From Bacilli bacterium (GTDB lineage Bacteria; Bacillota_I; Bacilli_A; RFN20; CAG-288): a DNA stretch of 64,000 bases. Where the stretch lies: contig JAFUFH010000036.1 in the NCBI GenBank assembly GCA_017470005.1, positions 4,241 through 68,240 on the forward strand. The letters are read 5' to 3'. This document shows, one piece after another, positions 19,921 through 29,642 of this stretch; positions within the stretch are counted from its first letter, which is position 1, and each line of letters begins with the position of its first letter. The translations under genes were made by a program, and so were the position numbers. The notes under the pieces are model-generated. The model saw only the letters and a program-made list of their open reading frames with translations, searched no databases and had not been told where the DNA came from.

Positions 19921-22719
19921 ATGAAACAGAATGAAAACGAACCTAAAAAGGTTCAAGAGGCTTTTCTTGCCCACGCAAAAACAATTGAAGAGGTCTGTGA
20001 AAAATACCAGACAGATCCCGAAAATGGTTTGAGCAGCGAAGAAGCCAAAAAACGTTTAGAGGAGTACGGTCTCAACAAACTCCAAGAGGGAAAGAAAGTT
20101 CCCTTCATCATCAAATTGCTCAAGCAATTCATTGAGCCGATGGTCATCGTCTTATTGATTGCAGCTGCAATCTCCATGGTCATCTTCTTAGTCAACGTCA
20201 TCTTCCTAAAACAAGCATCAGATGAATGGATTGACGCCATTGTCATCATGGCAATCGTCATCATCAACGCCTTCATTGGCGCCATTCAGGAGCAAAAAGC
20301 GGAGCAATCCTTAGAAGCTCTTAAGAAGCTCTCCACTCCGATGTGCACCGTGAAAAGAGATGGCAAAATCTACACCATCAAGAGCGAAGAAATTGTTCCC
20401 GGTGACTTAGTTGTCTTAGAAGAAGGTGCCATCATTCCTGCCGACTTAAGACTTGTCACTTCTGTCGATATCAAGAGTGATGAATCTTCTCTCACGGGAG
20501 AATCTGTCCCTGTCGAAAAGGATGCTAATGTTGTCTTAGCGGAAGAAACAACTACCGCCGATAAGCACAACATCGCCTATTCTTCTTGCCCTATCTCTTA
20601 TGGTCGCGGTACTGGTATTGCCGTAGGAACCGGAATGAATACAGAGGTTGGTAAGATTGCTGATATGTTGACCAATTCTGAAGATGAGGAAACTCCTCTT
20701 CAAAAGAAATTAGCTGTTTTATCCAAACAACTCGGTTTAATTTGTCTCATCATTGTTATTGTCACCTTCTTAGCTGGTATGGTTTGGACTCTCATCCGTG
20801 TTGGTATGAACAATTGGGATTGGTCTAACTTTGGTAAGAACACCCTTGAATTATTTGAAGAAGCTATCGCCTTAGCGGTTGCCGCTATTCCTGAAGGCCT
20901 CTCCGCTATCGTCACCATCGCCTTAGCCTTAGGTGTTGGTAAGATGGTCAAAGTGAACACGATTGTTAGAAAGCTTCCTTCCGTTGAAACATTAGGCTCT
21001 GTCACCGTTGTTTGTTCCGATAAAACCGGTACTTTGACTCAAAATAGAATGACCGTTAAAAAGGTCTATATCAACGACACCATCTATGATGCGGATAAAG
21101 CTGGTGATGCCGCTATCTTCTTAGCTACAGGTATGATGCTCTGTTCTAACGCTTCTATCTCTGGAGATAGATACGGAGATCCTACCGAAATTGCCTTATT
21201 AGATTACGCATATACCTTCGGTATTGAAAAAGAAAAGACCGAAGCTGAATCTCAACCTCGTATCGATGAACTTCCCTTTGATTCCGTCAGAAAGATGATG
21301 TCTGTGGAAAACACAAGAGAAGGAAAGAAAATCATCTATACCAAAGGTGCCTTAGATTCTATTCTCAAACACACCGAATTCATCCAAATCGGTGATGAGG
21401 TTAGACCCATCACCCCTGAAGATATCGAAAGAATCAACAACGCCAGTAAAGAAATGGCTTCTCAAGCCTTCCGTGTCTTAGCCTTCGCTTACCGTTATCA
21501 CGAAGATGAAGAAAGAATGAGCGAAGAACACTTAGTTTATGTCGGTATGGTCGGTATGATCGACCCCGAGAGAGCAGAAGCTGCTCCTGCGGTTGCCACA
21601 TTCAAGAGAGCGGGTATCCGCACCGTCATGATCACTGGTGACCACAAAGATACCGCCTTTGCTATCGCAAAGAACTTAGGTATTGCCGATTCTATTGAAC
21701 AATGCTGTTCTTCCGATGAATTGAATGGTTTAAGCGAAGAACAACTTCGTGAAAAAGTCAAATACACCAATGTCTTCTCTCGTGTTTCTCCTGAAAACAA
21801 AGTTCAAATTGTTAAAGCCTTAAAAGCCAACGGAAACATCTGTTCCATGACTGGTGATGGCGTCAATGACGCTCCTTCTCTTAGAGCTGCCGATATCGGT
21901 ATCGCTATGGGTATCACCGGCACGGATGTTGCTAAGAGTGCTGCCGATATGGTCTTAACCGATGATAACTTCGCTTCCATTGAAAAAGCAGTGGAAGAAG
22001 GTAGAGGTATCTATGCCAACGTGAAGAAATCTATCTTCTACCTCTTATCTTCTAACTTCGGTGAAGTCTTAGTCATGTTCTTTACCTTATTGATCGGTTT
22101 GCCTTCTCCTCTTGCTACCCTTCACATTCTCTGGATCAATTTGATCACAGACTCTCTTCCTGCTATTGCCTTATCCATGGATGCCAAAGAAAAAGGTATC
22201 ATGGATCAAAAACCTAAAGATCCAAAAGATGGCGTTTTCGCCCATGGTGGATTCAAATTCACTTTAGGATACGGTATTGTTATCTTTATCATCACCATCA
22301 TTGCGTACTTCTTACCTACTTTCTATGGAGATTTGGCTTCTGCGGATCTCTGGGCAAACGGTATCTTCGGTCTCGCTGAAAAATTAGAAGCCAACAATGT
22401 CCTCTACATCGAATGTCAGACTTCCGCTTTCACTGTACTTGCTATGGCTCAAATCTTCCATATGGTTGGTATGACCGATATCAAGAGAAGCTTCTTACAC
22501 GTCTTCAAAGACGGCAACTGGATGCTTCTTGTCTCCTTCGTTTTAGGCTTCGCTCTCCAACTCGTTGTCACTGAAGTTCCTTTCTTCAACGATGTCTTCA
22601 AGACCAGCCACCTCAGTTGGGATTATTGGTTGATCTTAGCTGCTATGGCTAGTGCACCTCTCATCTTACACGAAATCTTAGCTCCTATCTTCAGAAAGAG
22701 AAAAGTCGAAATCATTTAG
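19921..22719 (+). CDS. P2-type cation-transporting ATPase (Ca2+/Mn2+ pump-like)
   Basis: 932 aa with DKTGTLT, TGDGVNDAP, and a 10-TM P2A/PMCA-like layout including an N-terminal cation-ATPase-N segment. Confidence 0.9.
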   Translation: MKQNENEPKKVQEAFLAHAKTIEEVCEKYQTDPENGLSSEEAKKRLEEYGLNKLQEGKKVPFIIKLLKQFIEPMVIVLLIAAAISMVIFLVNVIFLKQASDEWIDAIVIMAIVIINAFIGAIQEQKAEQSLEALKKLSTPMCTVKRDGKIYTIKSEEIVPGDLVVLEEGAIIPADLRLVTSVDIKSDESSLTGESVPVEKDANVVLAEETTTADKHNIAYSSCPISYGRGTGIAVGTGMNTEVGKIADMLTNSEDEETPLQKKLAVLSKQLGLICLIIVIVTFLAGMVWTLIRVGMNNWDWSNFGKNTLELFEEAIALAVAAIPEGLSAIVTIALALGVGKMVKVNTIVRKLPSVETLGSVTVVCSDKTGTLTQNRMTVKKVYINDTIYDADKAGDAAIFLATGMMLCSNASISGDRYGDPTEIALLDYAYTFGIEKEKTEAESQPRIDELPFDSVRKMMSVENTREGKKIIYTKGALDSILKHTEFIQIGDEVRPITPEDIERINNASKEMASQAFRVLAFAYRYHEDEERMSEEHLVYVGMVGMIDPERAEAAPAVATFKRAGIRTVMITGDHKDTAFAIAKNLGIADSIEQCCSSDELNGLSEEQLREKVKYTNVFSRVSPENKVQIVKALKANGNICSMTGDGVNDAPSLRAADIGIAMGITGTDVAKSAADMVLTDDNFASIEKAVEEGRGIYANVKKSIFYLLSSNFGEVLVMFFTLLIGLPSPLATLHILWINLITDSLPAIALSMDAKEKGIMDQKPKDPKDGVFAHGGFKFTLGYGIVIFIITIIAYFLPTFYGDLASADLWANGIFGLAEKLEANNVLYIECQTSAFTVLAMAQIFHMVGMTDIKRSFLHVFKDGNWMLLVSFVLGFALQLVVTEVPFFNDVFKTSHLSWDYWLILAAMASAPLILHEILAPIFRKRKVEII

Positions 22720-22729
22720 AAATAGAAAT

Positions 22730-22766
22730 GGCGATATCCCACAAACCTGGGAATATCGCCTTTTTT
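22730..22766. terminator. Bidirectional terminator between the convergent ATPase gene and the giant-protein operon
   Basis: GGCGATATCCC...GGGAATATCGCC followed by TTTTTT on the plus strand and a U-rich tract on the minus strand. Confidence 0.8.
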
Positions 22767-22772
22767 GATGCT

Positions 22773-25700
22773 CTAGGATTTTCTTACAATACGCTTTGTC
22801 ATACGGATGAGCGCTTGTTGTTCTAAGAAGAGAACAAACAAAGCAATGTAATCCATGAGTCTTTCTTTGTCTAAGAATTGATTCATCTCAGGAAGAGAGA
22901 AGTCTTTCAGTGTTTTCTTAAGATAATCGCTGTATCGATAGCTTTGCGTCGCGTTGATAGAAGAAATGACGAAGTCTTTATCTTTGTGATATTCATAAAG
23001 AAGAGCTTCTCTGACAAAGAAGAGCACTTCTGGAGAGATTGCCGTTCCTGTATACAAGTCAATAAATTGATCGACATAATAGGAATAAACACCCTCAGAA
23101 GCTTGAACAAATGCTTTCACTTCCTCTTTTGGCTCATGAACATAAACCAAATTCGTCATTATCTTTTGATGAGCTTTTCTTACATCCTGACTGAGCTCTT
23201 GATAGGACAACAAAGAAGGAACAAGAAGTTTGCTGTTCAAGAAGAGGAACAAACCATTTCTAGCGGTAAGATTGGTCAACTGTGAAGAGAAAAACACCGC
23301 AGAAAAAATATTCTTTTCCAAACAGAATTGACTTCTAAAAGTAGGGAAGGCCTTCATATCATATTCGTCTTCTGTAAACGGAATTGCGTCTTTTAATTCT
23401 TTTAACGTGATTTCTTTCTTTTTATAGACTAAGTTATAAATTGCCTCATACATCACTTGAGGAACACCGATATGAGCGATAAGACGTAACGCTTTGCTCT
23501 TATTTCCTTCATAGGATAAAGAACAAGATTGCATAAACCCATTGATAGCCAAAAGAAGAGCTTCTTGGTCCGCGTTCATAAAATAGAACTTTTTGCCGCT
23601 CTTAGAAAAGGCGTAGAACCGTTCTCCAGGGGCGACATATAATTTGTTCCCTTCATATTCTGTCGTGAAATAAGAAACAAACGCACTCTTATCTTTAATA
23701 CAAAATGCTTCTTCATAAAGAGTTTGATATACTGCGCTTTCATACTCTCCTACGTATCCAAGAGCAAAGTTGTGGAAGGCTTGTCCATCCTCATTTAAAT
23801 CTACAAATTCTTGGTCCATAGCGCATACTTCGTGGAAGGTTTGCGAAGAATAGCCACAAAGCTCTCCAATCTGCACGCAATCACGCTTGAGTTTCTTTTC
23901 TTCCTCTTTAAACATTTGAACTTTGATGGCAATATCGGAAAGAGGAACAGAAAATCTTGGATCATTCGTAGAGAAAGCGTTGTAATATAACGGTCTCGAA
24001 TTGTTGCTCTTTCCCATCAAATAAATTTTCTTTTCAAATGCTTTTCTCATCACCAAGTAATAAGAAAGAGAAGGATCCTTTTGGAGAAGAGTTCTATGGT
24101 CTTCTCGGTCTAATAAAGAAATATTCTTTTTAAATATGTCTTCATCCACAACCAAACGATTAGAAATCGTCATCGAGTCTCCTTCTGTAGGGACTCCGAT
24201 GAAGTGAGCAAGATGGCCACCTTCTTGTTCTACTTTTCCTTCAAAGATCATTTCCCTTCCAAATAAGGGCATAAAGAAATGAATTCTATCTTCTGAAAAC
24301 GCCTCTGCTGAATAAGCATCAAAGAATAATCCCATTAGATATTCGATGTTTTCTCTATCTTTTTCATCAAAATAGATAGGACCGTCGATCGTTTCTTTAT
24401 AACCGATGAAATTTCTTCCTTTCACAACATATGGAAGAGGTAAATAAGGATCAAAGAAGATTTCACCAGAGTCTACCTGACTCATCAAATGTTCCTTTTC
24501 GTTTCTTTGTATCTTTTTTAATTCTGCTTGTGCTTTGCCGTCAAACGTGGAAACAATCGCACAATTAATTAAAATTCTTAAGACAGGAGGAATGATATCC
24601 ATCTTGGAACAAACTTCTTTTAACGCTTCGTTGCAGGTATATCCTTCCATCATCAAAGAGAAGATATCATGTACACAAAGTAACACTCCATTCTCTTCAT
24701 TTGTTAATAACAATGATTTTAACTGGGGAAGATAAGGTAGAGTAGAGTTGGTGATGATAGCTTGTTGTTCAATCAATTCAACTGCAGATCGATAATAAGA
24801 GATATCTCCATTAAAAATGGGATAGAATTCTTTATTTGTGACTTCACAATCACAAATGAAATCTGGGAAGCTAGGAGTAATAAAGGAAAAAGCTTCCTGG
24901 AAATATAAATCTTTACCTTCTTTGGCTTTCACATAGAAAGAGATCGCATCCATCTCATTCATATTGCGAAGAGAATACTGCCCACCATATAAATCTAATA
25001 CCGGTAAAAGCAATCCAATCTTTCGATAATTCACGCCTTGGATATATTCAAATAAAGAGGCAAAGTCCTCTCCATCTCCTTCTTCAAAATCGAAATATTT
25101 TGCTTGTTGGAAAGCGGGATAAGGAAGACCCATCAATTTCATAAAAAGGGATGGTAATTTGGCACAATTTGGATGTTTTTGAATATATTTTTTTACCGCT
25201 TTATAAGAGTAAATGATACCTTTTTTATCTTGGCTATCAAAAACAAAATGAGTGGGTTGTACTTTCTGAACTACTTCATTATCTATTTTCTCAAAGAAAC
25301 GAGATTCTAAAGCGTACATATTAAATCTCGCTCCAAGATAAACGAAACGATTCTGTAAAAAGAAGGTTTCATAATCTTGATCTAATACCGTGAATCCAAA
25401 AAGACCACGAATAGAGAACATCTTTCGATAATAATCGTTCAACAAACGCTTGATCAAAGCTAAGAAATATCTTCTTAAACACAGAATAGCTTCCAATTCT
25501 GCTCCGTTGTATTCTTTGTTTTTCTTACCGAAGGCTTTGACAAATTTTTCTTGCAAACTCAATTGATCTAAAGGTTTGTAATACGTCAAGAAAACGTCTT
25601 TATCCACCTCTAAAGGAGCGCTGCAAAAGTCCATCAAAAGTTTATCTGATGTTTCTTCTTCTAAGAGAAGCTCGGCTGGAATCTTTTCTGGGTCGATATA

Positions 25701-26234
25701 AATTGGATAGATAAGACCATCATCTAAACTAAGGACATTAAAGATGCATTCTGGTTCTAAGACATAAAATCCATTTTCAATCAAATAATTGATGGCACCA
25801 ATCACAGAAGGGTGGTTTTCTTCTAAAACTCGTATCGGATTGTCTGGTAATCGGAAAGAAGGATTTTTTAAATTCTCTTCAAAATGAATGTTGTAAAGAA
25901 TCTCATCAAAAGTAAGAGGCGTATTTCCTTTTTTGTCTTTTCGAATCATGCATTCTAAAGGAAGGCCTAAACACTGTCTAAAAATCTCTGTCGTCATGAC
26001 AGAATCGATCATCAGACCTAATTTTTTCGTATAAATAGGATACTTTTCTTTAGAAATATATAGTTCATAAAAACGAAATCTCTCTAAAAGGGAGGCTTTG
26101 TCTTCTATGGCCATATGATAATCGCCCTCACCGTTAGAATACACGGTATAAAAGGGGCCTTGGATTTCATATTTATAAGGACTATCGACAGACAATATGG
26201 TCTTGGTAGTGAAAAACTCTGCATTGTATTCCAT
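22773..26234 (-). CDS. Giant hypothetical protein B (1153 aa), paralog of the upstream 1133-aa protein
   Basis: A long uninterrupted ORF with RBS GGGAGG 7 nt upstream. No signal peptide or TM helix is apparent. It shares colinear motifs with protein A (LGLP, CLRRYFLALIKRLLNDYY vs VLRQYLSALINLLYDQY, LMGLPYPAF vs LLGLPYPGY). Confidence 0.85.
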   Translation of the reverse strand: MEYNAEFFTTKTILSVDSPYKYEIQGPFYTVYSNGEGDYHMAIEDKASLLERFRFYELYISKEKYPIYTKKLGLMIDSVMTTEIFRQCLGLPLECMIRKDKKGNTPLTFDEILYNIHFEENLKNPSFRLPDNPIRVLEENHPSVIGAINYLIENGFYVLEPECIFNVLSLDDGLIYPIYIDPEKIPAELLLEEETSDKLLMDFCSAPLEVDKDVFLTYYKPLDQLSLQEKFVKAFGKKNKEYNGAELEAILCLRRYFLALIKRLLNDYYRKMFSIRGLFGFTVLDQDYETFFLQNRFVYLGARFNMYALESRFFEKIDNEVVQKVQPTHFVFDSQDKKGIIYSYKAVKKYIQKHPNCAKLPSLFMKLMGLPYPAFQQAKYFDFEEGDGEDFASLFEYIQGVNYRKIGLLLPVLDLYGGQYSLRNMNEMDAISFYVKAKEGKDLYFQEAFSFITPSFPDFICDCEVTNKEFYPIFNGDISYYRSAVELIEQQAIITNSTLPYLPQLKSLLLTNEENGVLLCVHDIFSLMMEGYTCNEALKEVCSKMDIIPPVLRILINCAIVSTFDGKAQAELKKIQRNEKEHLMSQVDSGEIFFDPYLPLPYVVKGRNFIGYKETIDGPIYFDEKDRENIEYLMGLFFDAYSAEAFSEDRIHFFMPLFGREMIFEGKVEQEGGHLAHFIGVPTEGDSMTISNRLVVDEDIFKKNISLLDREDHRTLLQKDPSLSYYLVMRKAFEKKIYLMGKSNNSRPLYYNAFSTNDPRFSVPLSDIAIKVQMFKEEEKKLKRDCVQIGELCGYSSQTFHEVCAMDQEFVDLNEDGQAFHNFALGYVGEYESAVYQTLYEEAFCIKDKSAFVSYFTTEYEGNKLYVAPGERFYAFSKSGKKFYFMNADQEALLLAINGFMQSCSLSYEGNKSKALRLIAHIGVPQVMYEAIYNLVYKKKEITLKELKDAIPFTEDEYDMKAFPTFRSQFCLEKNIFSAVFFSSQLTNLTARNGLFLFLNSKLLVPSLLSYQELSQDVRKAHQKIMTNLVYVHEPKEEVKAFVQASEGVYSYYVDQFIDLYTGTAISPEVLFFVREALLYEYHKDKDFVISSINATQSYRYSDYLKKTLKDFSLPEMNQFLDKERLMDYIALFVLFLEQQALIRMTKRIVRKS

Positions 26235-26240
26235 ATTTGC

Positions 26241-29200
26241 TTACCTCCCTATATGACTTTCTTTAATCGCATAGCGATGAATCAGTTTCTGAACAAGATA
26301 AGTAATAAATCCTAAGATACTTTGGGCGGTAGAAGAGATATATCCCGCTCGGACCCTCTCTATCTCAGGGAAATGTTTTTGAACGCTCTGTAAAAGGGTA
26401 TCTTCTGAATTTAAATCAAACAAGAAATTCAAAATACACTTGTTCTCTCTAGAATACGTATCCAATATGACCGAGGAAGCATAAGCGACACTTTCTACTT
26501 TCTCCATATTGATTTGTCCAAATTCTGTTAGCCACTCTCTTAACTGATCCTTAGAAGGAGTAAAGAAAGTGAATAACACTTCAGGTATCGTAGAAGAAGC
26601 GTAATCAAAATAAGGAAGCAATCCATCACCATATCCGTCTAAATCATAATTGTGTCTAGGATGATATTTGATATCAATTAGAGCATAATCACTCAAAATC
26701 TTAAATTGATCATGAACCATGCCGTTTAAAGCAAAATCATAATCCGCGGATAAATCTTCTTTGAACGGAAATGCTTTTCTAAAAGGCTCATCATAAGCGG
26801 AGTGATTGATAGAGGTGCATCTTCTACAAATAGAATCTCTAAATTGAATCTTTTCAAAGAGATCTTCAATACTTCCTACAGACAAGTCATAGTCTTTATA
26901 CTTCAATATGGCTAAATAAGGGAAACCAATCAACCCTAAAATAATGGGAGTCTCATATTCTTTTGCCATATTGCGTTGATTATATAAAGAATCAAATCTC
27001 GTGGCGAAATCTAACATAGGTTTCTTATCACACTGACAGAAATAAAGATCATCCGAATAAATATCGGAAGTATAAGCGTTAAAGATTGTACCTAAAATGA
27101 TATAGGGATAAGGAAGTCTTGGATTGTAATCAAAGTTGAGACAGAATTCGTTTGCGTTTTCCGGAACAATGTGTCTTGAGACATAGACAGAGTAGGCAAT
27201 CTCAACCATCTTATAGATATACACCAAACGTGTAAATATCATCATATGCTTGTAAATAACTGGATATAATGATTCGTTACAATCAAATAAGATACGATAT
27301 AAATCTCCGTTATCTGCCAGTTCAGCAAACGAGATTGCCTGTTCATAGAAGTCATCATAGGAAATCTCATTAGGGAAGAAGGCGGCAATGAGAGATAACA
27401 TCATCTTTTTATCCACATGGATATAAGGATAGAGAATCGGGTCTACTTTTTGAATGTCAAAAGAGAGAACGGAAGTATAAGTTCCGTCCGCTAATTTTCC
27501 AAAGAAAGCACCAAAATCATAATCTAAAGACATCGGTTCATCAAAATATACGCCTCTTTCACTCGCTTTGGCACGAATATAGGACATATAAATGTTATAT
27601 GGTTCCGCTTCATTAGAGTCGATCTTCTCATGGATGGAAGGAGAGGAGTTCATGCAAAGATGACAAATATGATGTTTATACGGAATTTGAGAGCTGATAT
27701 CTTTTGTTGTTGTCAATTTGGAGGAGAGGTTCTCGGGTAATCCAAGATTTTGAATGATATATCCTCTCTTTGCTATCACGCTATCTTCTTTGGGATGATG
27801 CCTTTCATAAAGGTCTCCCAAGTATTGAATTTTAGATTCGATAGCACTCTTTTGACAAGAGCAGACATAAGGTTGAGAGAAGTAGCCTTCTCTAAAGGAA
27901 TACGCGAGTTGTCCAAAGCTGACATACGGATAAGGAAGGTTAGGTTCAAAGGACTCGTTATATTTGGTCGGACGATCTAACGCCATCAAAGAGAGGGTAT
28001 CTTTGTTTTCAATCAGAATGATTCGATATTCTCTTTCCGCCACCAAAACAGGATAAGTTAACACATAATAGAAGAAATCTAAGAATCTCTCATCCTTATA
28101 TTGTTGTAAATCATAAGTGACAAGCATCAAATCGATAGCGCGATCTAAAGAGATATCCACAAAACTGTGGTAGAAATAATACAGAGCTTGATTCTTAGAT
28201 TTTGAATCAATTTCTCTTAGTTTCTTTTCTAATTTCTCGTCTTCTAACAATCCTCTATCTAAAAGATAGGTCGGATATAATTCCTCGACAAAAGACATTC
28301 TCTTTTTATCAAAGAGAGAGGCTAAAGATTCACACCTCTTCTTCTTTCTAAAAGTCAAAGAGACCTTATTTTCTTTGTCTTCGATCAACAATGGCTTTTC
28401 ACAAGAATATTGAACGCCATTATCCAACAAGAAACGAAGCATGAACGCATATTGATGTTCTTGTTCTCCGGATAAATAAGAATAGAAAACATCATAACGC
28501 TTTGCGGATAAATAAATTTCACTATTGGTAATAGAGAAAGAGAAAGGAAGAGAATTGACGATATCCTCTACGGTAAAGGTTTCTAAATGCTTTACAAATT
28601 TATATCCAGGATAAGGAAGGCCTAACAAAGAATAGATGGTTAAGATATCTCCACCCGGTTCTTTTTCCATCGCATCTGCAACCAATTCAGTAATCTTTCC
28701 TTTATCCATGGTAGAAAAATACCATTTCTCTTTATCTAAAGAAAACATATCCGCATTAAAAGAGGATAAAGTATATAAATCTCTTTCAATATGAATCTTA
28801 GAAATAGACATAAAGGAAAGCTTTGCGGTCACTTTATTCAATACTTCAAAAGAATATTGATCGTATAAAAGATTGATCAGGGCAGATAAGTATTGGCGAA
28901 GAACATAAGCGTATCTTCTCTTAAACGGAAGGCCAACAGGGATGGAAGCTAATTCCATATCGTAATCATCGTTGACAAAATAGGAGAGTCTTCTATCGAA
29001 AGAATAACCATCAAACTTCTTCATATCTGCGATGAATTGTTTATCCGCTTTAGATCCCAAAAAATCGATAGAGAATCTTTCACTTCTCGCTTCTTTATAT
29101 CGTTCCATCAACTCAGGAGAAAGCATGGATTCCTCTACAAAAACAGGGACGCTCTTCTCATTTCTTTCCATGAAGGGCTTTGTTTCATCATAAAGGAAGA

Positions 29201-29642
29201 AGAAACCTTTCTTCAAACAATATAATTTAAAATCATCCGTATACCATTTACGATTTAGTTTCTGATACAAAAGAATATAAGATTCTCGTTTTAAATCAGA
29301 AAGTGAAGAATCAAAATGAAGTTGTGTGATGATCTCTTGGCTCAAATCCAAACGTTCAAAAAGAGCATCGGGTAATCCCAATACCTGTTTGAGGACTTCA
29401 TTATCTTGGCTTTCTTTCTCATCAAAGGTGTTTCCGTTAGTAACGGTATACGTTTTACGATTCAATATTCTTTCTTTATAGAAACGAAGCGCACTTTCTA
29501 TGCTATCTTTGTCATCTAAAGAGAGAACAATGTCATCTTTATTGTCTAAAAAAGCCACATGAAACATGCCGAAGAGAGCTTGTCGATAATCTGCACGAAA
29601 ACTGATATTCAGTTTTCTGTTTTTATATAATTGATAACCCAT
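26241..29642 (-). CDS. Giant hypothetical protein A (1133 aa) with internal duplicated Cys-motif module
   Basis: A long ORF whose ATG overlaps the upstream stop by 1 nt (TAATG). No signal peptide is apparent. The repeated motif series is described in the findings. Confidence 0.85.
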   Translation of the reverse strand: MGYQLYKNRKLNISFRADYRQALFGMFHVAFLDNKDDIVLSLDDKDSIESALRFYKERILNRKTYTVTNGNTFDEKESQDNEVLKQVLGLPDALFERLDLSQEIITQLHFDSSLSDLKRESYILLYQKLNRKWYTDDFKLYCLKKGFFFLYDETKPFMERNEKSVPVFVEESMLSPELMERYKEARSERFSIDFLGSKADKQFIADMKKFDGYSFDRRLSYFVNDDYDMELASIPVGLPFKRRYAYVLRQYLSALINLLYDQYSFEVLNKVTAKLSFMSISKIHIERDLYTLSSFNADMFSLDKEKWYFSTMDKGKITELVADAMEKEPGGDILTIYSLLGLPYPGYKFVKHLETFTVEDIVNSLPFSFSITNSEIYLSAKRYDVFYSYLSGEQEHQYAFMLRFLLDNGVQYSCEKPLLIEDKENKVSLTFRKKKRCESLASLFDKKRMSFVEELYPTYLLDRGLLEDEKLEKKLREIDSKSKNQALYYFYHSFVDISLDRAIDLMLVTYDLQQYKDERFLDFFYYVLTYPVLVAEREYRIILIENKDTLSLMALDRPTKYNESFEPNLPYPYVSFGQLAYSFREGYFSQPYVCSCQKSAIESKIQYLGDLYERHHPKEDSVIAKRGYIIQNLGLPENLSSKLTTTKDISSQIPYKHHICHLCMNSSPSIHEKIDSNEAEPYNIYMSYIRAKASERGVYFDEPMSLDYDFGAFFGKLADGTYTSVLSFDIQKVDPILYPYIHVDKKMMLSLIAAFFPNEISYDDFYEQAISFAELADNGDLYRILFDCNESLYPVIYKHMMIFTRLVYIYKMVEIAYSVYVSRHIVPENANEFCLNFDYNPRLPYPYIILGTIFNAYTSDIYSDDLYFCQCDKKPMLDFATRFDSLYNQRNMAKEYETPIILGLIGFPYLAILKYKDYDLSVGSIEDLFEKIQFRDSICRRCTSINHSAYDEPFRKAFPFKEDLSADYDFALNGMVHDQFKILSDYALIDIKYHPRHNYDLDGYGDGLLPYFDYASSTIPEVLFTFFTPSKDQLREWLTEFGQINMEKVESVAYASSVILDTYSRENKCILNFLFDLNSEDTLLQSVQKHFPEIERVRAGYISSTAQSILGFITYLVQKLIHRYAIKESHIGR

